Positions 61,501 through 64,000 of a DNA stretch of 64,000 bases are shown piece after piece. The notes below the pieces were generated by a model. It was not told the origin of the DNA. It searched no databases and saw nothing but the letters and a program-made list of their open reading frames with translations. The position numbers were made by a program, and so were the translations under genes. This DNA is from Bispira polyomma. Lineage: Eukaryota. Each line of letters begins with the position of its first letter. Positions within the stretch are counted from its first letter, which is position 1. The stretch spans positions 43,648,001 to 43,712,000 of the forward strand of contig OZ287756.1 in NCBI GenBank assembly GCA_965649765.1. The letters are read 5' to 3'.

Positions 61501-62316
61501 CTCCCCTTGTCCATTCATCACACCTGACCAGATACGTTCCCTCTGTAGATATAAGTTTATATTCTGATGTCACCCCAAATAAGGTATTATGAGACTTTAC
61601 AATTACACCAGCATGCATTTATATGTGTACGTTGGGAAGAAAACTTTGTGTGAAAGACCTTGTCCAAGGGTTCAATCTCCAGTCGTGCAGTGAGGATTGA
61701 TCGCACGCTATAATCACTACACCAGAGATATCTACATCCAGTCCAAAGATGTTATTCCACTAGTGAAGCTAGCAGCATTAACAAAAGTTGAATCATGAAT
61801 TTTCTGATCACCAGACCAATTGCCCCAACTGCCACTCAAACTGGTCACCACCAGCTCCCTAACTACAAGGCCACTGGAGATATGATTCTAAGAGCTGTAT
61901 AATCTAACCTGGGACCTTCTGACCATCAACGCCCTAACCACTAGGCAATAGAAGATTGACCTGTTTCTATGATTCTTAAGGCTATACATATAAACACATA
62001 CCTTCATCACCGATGCTGAAGCTTGAGCTATTATCATTCTCAAAATCCTCCAAGTCACAGGTTTCTACATTTGATAAAAGGATGCCTTTTAAGAATGCCC
62101 TGGAATCATCATCTATATCAATGTCTTTATCATCAAAGTCCCTTTTTGAGGTAAACTTTGGGTGTTCTGTGGATAGTTCCCCTTTAGAATTTTCATCTTC
62201 TCCTTTTAACTGACCAATATACTGTTTTGGTTCTATTTTATTGGTCAGCTGGTCATGAAATTCTTTAAATTTATCTTCTGCTATTACACCAATAATAGTC
62301 GCTTGTGATTTTTGTT
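40551..62316 (-). CDS. Hillarin/KY-like (kyphoscoliosis peptidase family) protein, copy B, apparently intact; start codon upstream and not located
   Basis: Exons 62316-62002, 61350-61133, 49348-49125, 48581-48371, 47582-47427, 47238-46990, 46649-46501, 45686-45557, 45394-45126, 44929-44449, 44297-44181, 43581-43449, 43039-42945, 42522-42337, 41390-41220, 40628-40551 (TAG). All are GT-AG with compatible phases and no stops seen. The first 10 exon lengths equal copy A except one in-frame 9-bp difference. Domains: TGase-like core, repeated beta domains (FP..G.Y.F.IFAK), coiled coil, and C-terminal ...IMTAIQLLL..E...AAACLYAW. Confidence 0.88.
41460..41668 (-). mobile_element. tRNA-derived SINE (related copies ~16370-16500, ~42620-42930, ~63880-64000)
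   Basis: Minus-strand head GGGCCACAGTGGCC...GGGTTTAAATCC. The body (TTTCAACA..GGTCATATCAC..GGTGGAAGAAA..GACAAACTT on the plus strand) recurs at the other sites. Confidence 0.55.
41860..42216. mobile_element. Harbinger-type non-autonomous end with subterminal TTATGCCC repeats
   Basis: Ends GATGGTGTGAAGGCCCA-TTAA, with about six TTATG(C/A)CC-like motifs. Confidence 0.45.
43836..44125 (+). mobile_element. tRNA-derived SINE
   Basis: GGGGCCACGGTGATCTAGTGG (A box), GAGTTTGACTCC (B box), and a 3' simple-repeat tail (TCAAAC/ATCAAA)n. Confidence 0.65.
49589..49608 (+). promoter_or_regulatory. NRF1-like + ETS-like motifs within the DIRS1 ITR (mirror 60566-60584)
   Basis: TGCGCATGC(A/G)CCGGAAGT is present in both ITRs. 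Confidence 0.4.
51371..51830. repeat. Four dispersed degenerate ~30-65-bp repeats with unequal spacing
   Basis: (A)TGGGTGGCGCTAAGGCCGACTTT(C/T)ATAT-like motif at ~51372, 51474, 51605, 51781. Confidence 0.65.
52660..53600. repeat. Degenerate ~96-bp tandem array, about 10 units
   Basis: Unit starts TC(C)AGTGAAGTA at ~52663, 52743, 52840, 52932, 53028, 53126, 53220, 53322, 53419, 53478, 53578. Core CAGCACxATTTACATGGAGTGAAGxGGTTGCTGGTTGAATTCTTACTG. Confidence 0.85.
54698..55678 (-). pseudogene. Tyrosine recombinase of copy 3 (+1 frameshift ~55284)
   Basis: The same frame as copy 2, split into ORFs 55269..55517 and 54698..55327. Confidence 0.9.
55685..58264 (-). CDS. Intact pol: N-terminal extension + reverse transcriptase + RNase H (859 aa from first ATG; frame open from 58327)
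   Basis: Uninterrupted ORF with KVDISHAFRNI, FGLTHG, YIDD, VTCMGITID, VDACLSGIGG, FEM, SDN, ADALSR. Confidence 0.95.
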   Translation of the reverse strand: MSLKNDEINSTSKQIYKVDNYENPNFISSLSVSVGNSNIDQFSVDSKINRSQTSSDCNNSIISSVDNDQVKNANASLTAYPGTIDNVITYRADNSLHCDSKLCDIYLSNSQHGCNTLNLCYLVCRQDTSLSGVYVCNFVQNSWTFHLSDWSLEHIWPITYSCSMHISELGRNFPQIKKLTNPRLDKQLSHTRTKLGSTLYYNDIIDSLCRRDEQTLTQAKTTTVELVMPSHNFHTHNPHTTVTHTHCTDHEVVMTQAVSQQCSHVLPKNNNTQGDTLANTHKPFGYTPHRYNNFTFMGPVRQEVNIDSYGKLVEVANIIKTTKVPNYKSARIPLKSNLKVAKWKEYLVDYPDKIILQYVEFGFPISLYGRDRLHVTNVKNHYSAKAFPQAIDKYFITEVDRGTIIGPINDNLHPDLHCCPLLTVPKDVDQRRLVLDLSHPTGQSVNDCTVKTKYDHIDFNLKLPSIDQITSQILTIGPKATLAKVDISHAFRNIRIDPYDCLKLGYFWKNNYYIDLTLTFGLTHGTAVFMMASDCVTYIMKLKGFTVYNYIDDFILVESEDRATLAYNTLQEILTDLGLPINKKKLVPPSKRVTCMGITIDITNETLSIDEDKLISIYDTCLGFKYLNKVRKQKYQSLLGKLLYIHRCIKPSRIFMNRMLASLRQSTSSNTVILNMDFHQDLAWFVTFLLQFNGTTTYNYINKPHDALLQVDACLSGIGGIWNRNVFKTPLPLFMSHTLSIAHFEMVSILIALKLWGHRWKNKKVKVQSDNMAVVAVVQSSKTKDTYLGLCLRNIWQICAAENIDLVISHIPGKENIIADALSRWYELDTGGEHIRSTITHNFTMHDIPLNFFTLDTYL
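58328..59663 (-). pseudogene. gag of copy 3 (2-bp deletion ~58820)
   Basis: AAACGTTTC vs AAACGTGTTTC in copies 1 and 2. The first ~281 codons are intact. Confidence 0.85.
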
Positions 62317-62765
62317 CTGAAAAATATATTTATTACATTAATCATTATAAAATAATAAGCTGTTTTTGTTGATCTTATTTTTAACTGAAGAATGTGTCCC
62401 TGCAGATTATTATCTATATATGCTGCTTAGGGAAGAACCAACATGAAACAATACATAAAATTATATTGAACTGGATGATCCTAACATTGCTTCCATTAAA
62501 CATCAGCATTTGTGGTGTATATTTTAAGTTTCACATTATCTACAAAAGCATTAAACCATAAAGGTACAGTACCATATAGTACAACATTCCTAAGGCCAGA
62601 TTGTGTGAACCCTGAATCACTGATTGAATATCTCCTAAGGAATATGTGTGATCAATATAGCATACTCCAGTGGCAGGATTGTGCCTTGTTTTTATTCCTG
62701 TAGGAAAAGTGGTAGATCAAGGCACACCTCAATATCAGCCATTTGATTATTTGAGCACCCAATAT

Positions 62766-63071
62766 GGGGCCGTATTCACTAACAAGTGAAATTCCATTCC
62801 TAACTTGGATTTCAAGTATTGTGGCTATTTTTTACTAACTTAGATCCAAGTGGTATTCATGAAAGAAAACTTACTTACTTTGAAGAGAAAACTTACTTAG
62901 ATTTCAATTAAGCAGATGAGGTACCTTAGATTTCTTTCCTAACTTGGATACTAAGAAAAACGTAAGTAAGTAGAATTTTTTACTTGTTTGTGAATACCAC
63001 CTCTGAGAAAATCTTTAGAAAAATTTACTTACTTTGGAAAGTAAGTGAAAAAATATTTCACTTGTTAGTGA
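62766..63071. mobile_element. Palindromic MITE (Harbinger-like terminus), right end clipped
   Basis: GGGGCCGTATTCACTAACAAGTGAAAT ... ATTTCACTTGTTAGTGA, with an inner inverted pair GTGGTATTCA / TGAATACCAC and ACTTACTT / AAGTAAGT motifs. Absent from the paralogous region. Confidence 0.7.
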
Positions 63072-63072
63072 T

Positions 63073-63432
63073 CCTTTCTACTTTCTATTTATCTTGAAGC
63101 AAAAGGCACAGTTTGTCCCATCTTTTCTGTCTCTAGCTAAATGCTCTACAATTATTACTGTTGTCCTACCCAAGATGTTGTCCTTCTCACTCTCACTATA
63201 GCCAAAGATAGGGTCACCTTAGGGTTAAGTCTGAGTTTAGCTTGAGAATGTTGTAGAATATGGCCACAGAACTGTATGTATTCCCTCCCCTCTCCTCTTT
63301 TTGTTTTTCGTGTTTGACAACAATAAATTTAAAAATAATAAAAAAACGAAATAGGACATTTGTTACAGCACACTTATACAACACAGGGTCGTTTCAAATG
63401 CACTGTCTCATGGGCAGCCATTATGGTCGCTG
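63073..63432. repeat. Upstream flank of gene copy B, homologous to 3670-4030 (inverted) and 26650-27010 (direct)
   Basis: TTTCTACTTTCTATTTATCTTGAAGCAAAAGGCACAGTTTGTCCCATC... continues for ~350 bp. Confidence 0.9.
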
Positions 63433-64000
63433 AGGCTTGCTTGAGGATGAGATAGTGCTCAGTGACAGAAGACCGCCATTTTAAGTGGTCATCTGAGCCA
63501 CTAGGCAAACTTGTGTTCACATCTTGTCCACGGATGTTATTCCAATATAATAAAACTAGCAGTTGGTACCAGGAATAAAACCAGGGACCTTCTGATCATC
63601 AAACCAACAGCCTAACCACTAGACCATTGGGGGATCACTGAGTGATTTAAGGGTATAAAAACCTGTAAGAATATAGTTTTCTGATGGTTAAATGGGACTT
63701 CCAGTATTTGAGCTAATGAGCTTAGATAGTAAAAAGTAATTCCTGTTGAAAATATATATTGACTCTTTAACAAAAATGGCTGAGGGTAAAATTTATTTTG
63801 AGCATGATCTTGTGTATTATAAATCTTATATAGCCCTATAAAAAAGTTCAAAGCTCTAGATATTTACCGTCATATAGCTCCTCACTCCTTGAAGGCACTG
63901 ACTTGGCTACATGCTCAAAACTAGGTCCATCTGGTGGTTTTACAACACTTCTGGTATCTTCAATTATGGAGGAAAACTCCTTTGTTTTTTTGGACGATTT

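Overview
This is AT-rich animal genomic DNA with spliceosomal introns, probably lophotrochozoan or mollusc-like (an inference from gene and repeat content). (1) Two convergent paralogues of a hillarin/KY-like transglutaminase-fold gene. The minus-strand copy looks intact (16 traced coding exons, 40551-62316, start not located). The plus-strand copy is a 3'-truncated pseudogene (11132-17837). (2) Three copies of one Ngaro-type tyrosine-recombinase (YR) retrotransposon with split direct repeats: 4243-10639 (+), 20854-26437 (-, truncated) and 53661-60057 (-). The third is nested in an old DIRS1-type element with ITRs and an ICR (about 49450-60755). (3) A near-identical 9.8-kb inverted duplication (1-9830 vs 20854-30679) whose distal junction falls inside an ankyrin/death-domain pseudogene. 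(4) Harbinger relics, an L1/Tx1 LINE relic, SINEs, Helentron-type and MITE elements. The most interesting signal is how the Ngaro element appears to express its genes. Gag and pol share one frame separated only by a UAG. The recombinase frame has no usable ATG but is joined in frame to gag by a consensus GT-AG splice. A GC-rich, highly foldable segment sits between the A2 and B2 repeats. All identities, folds and family names were judged by eye; no searches were run.
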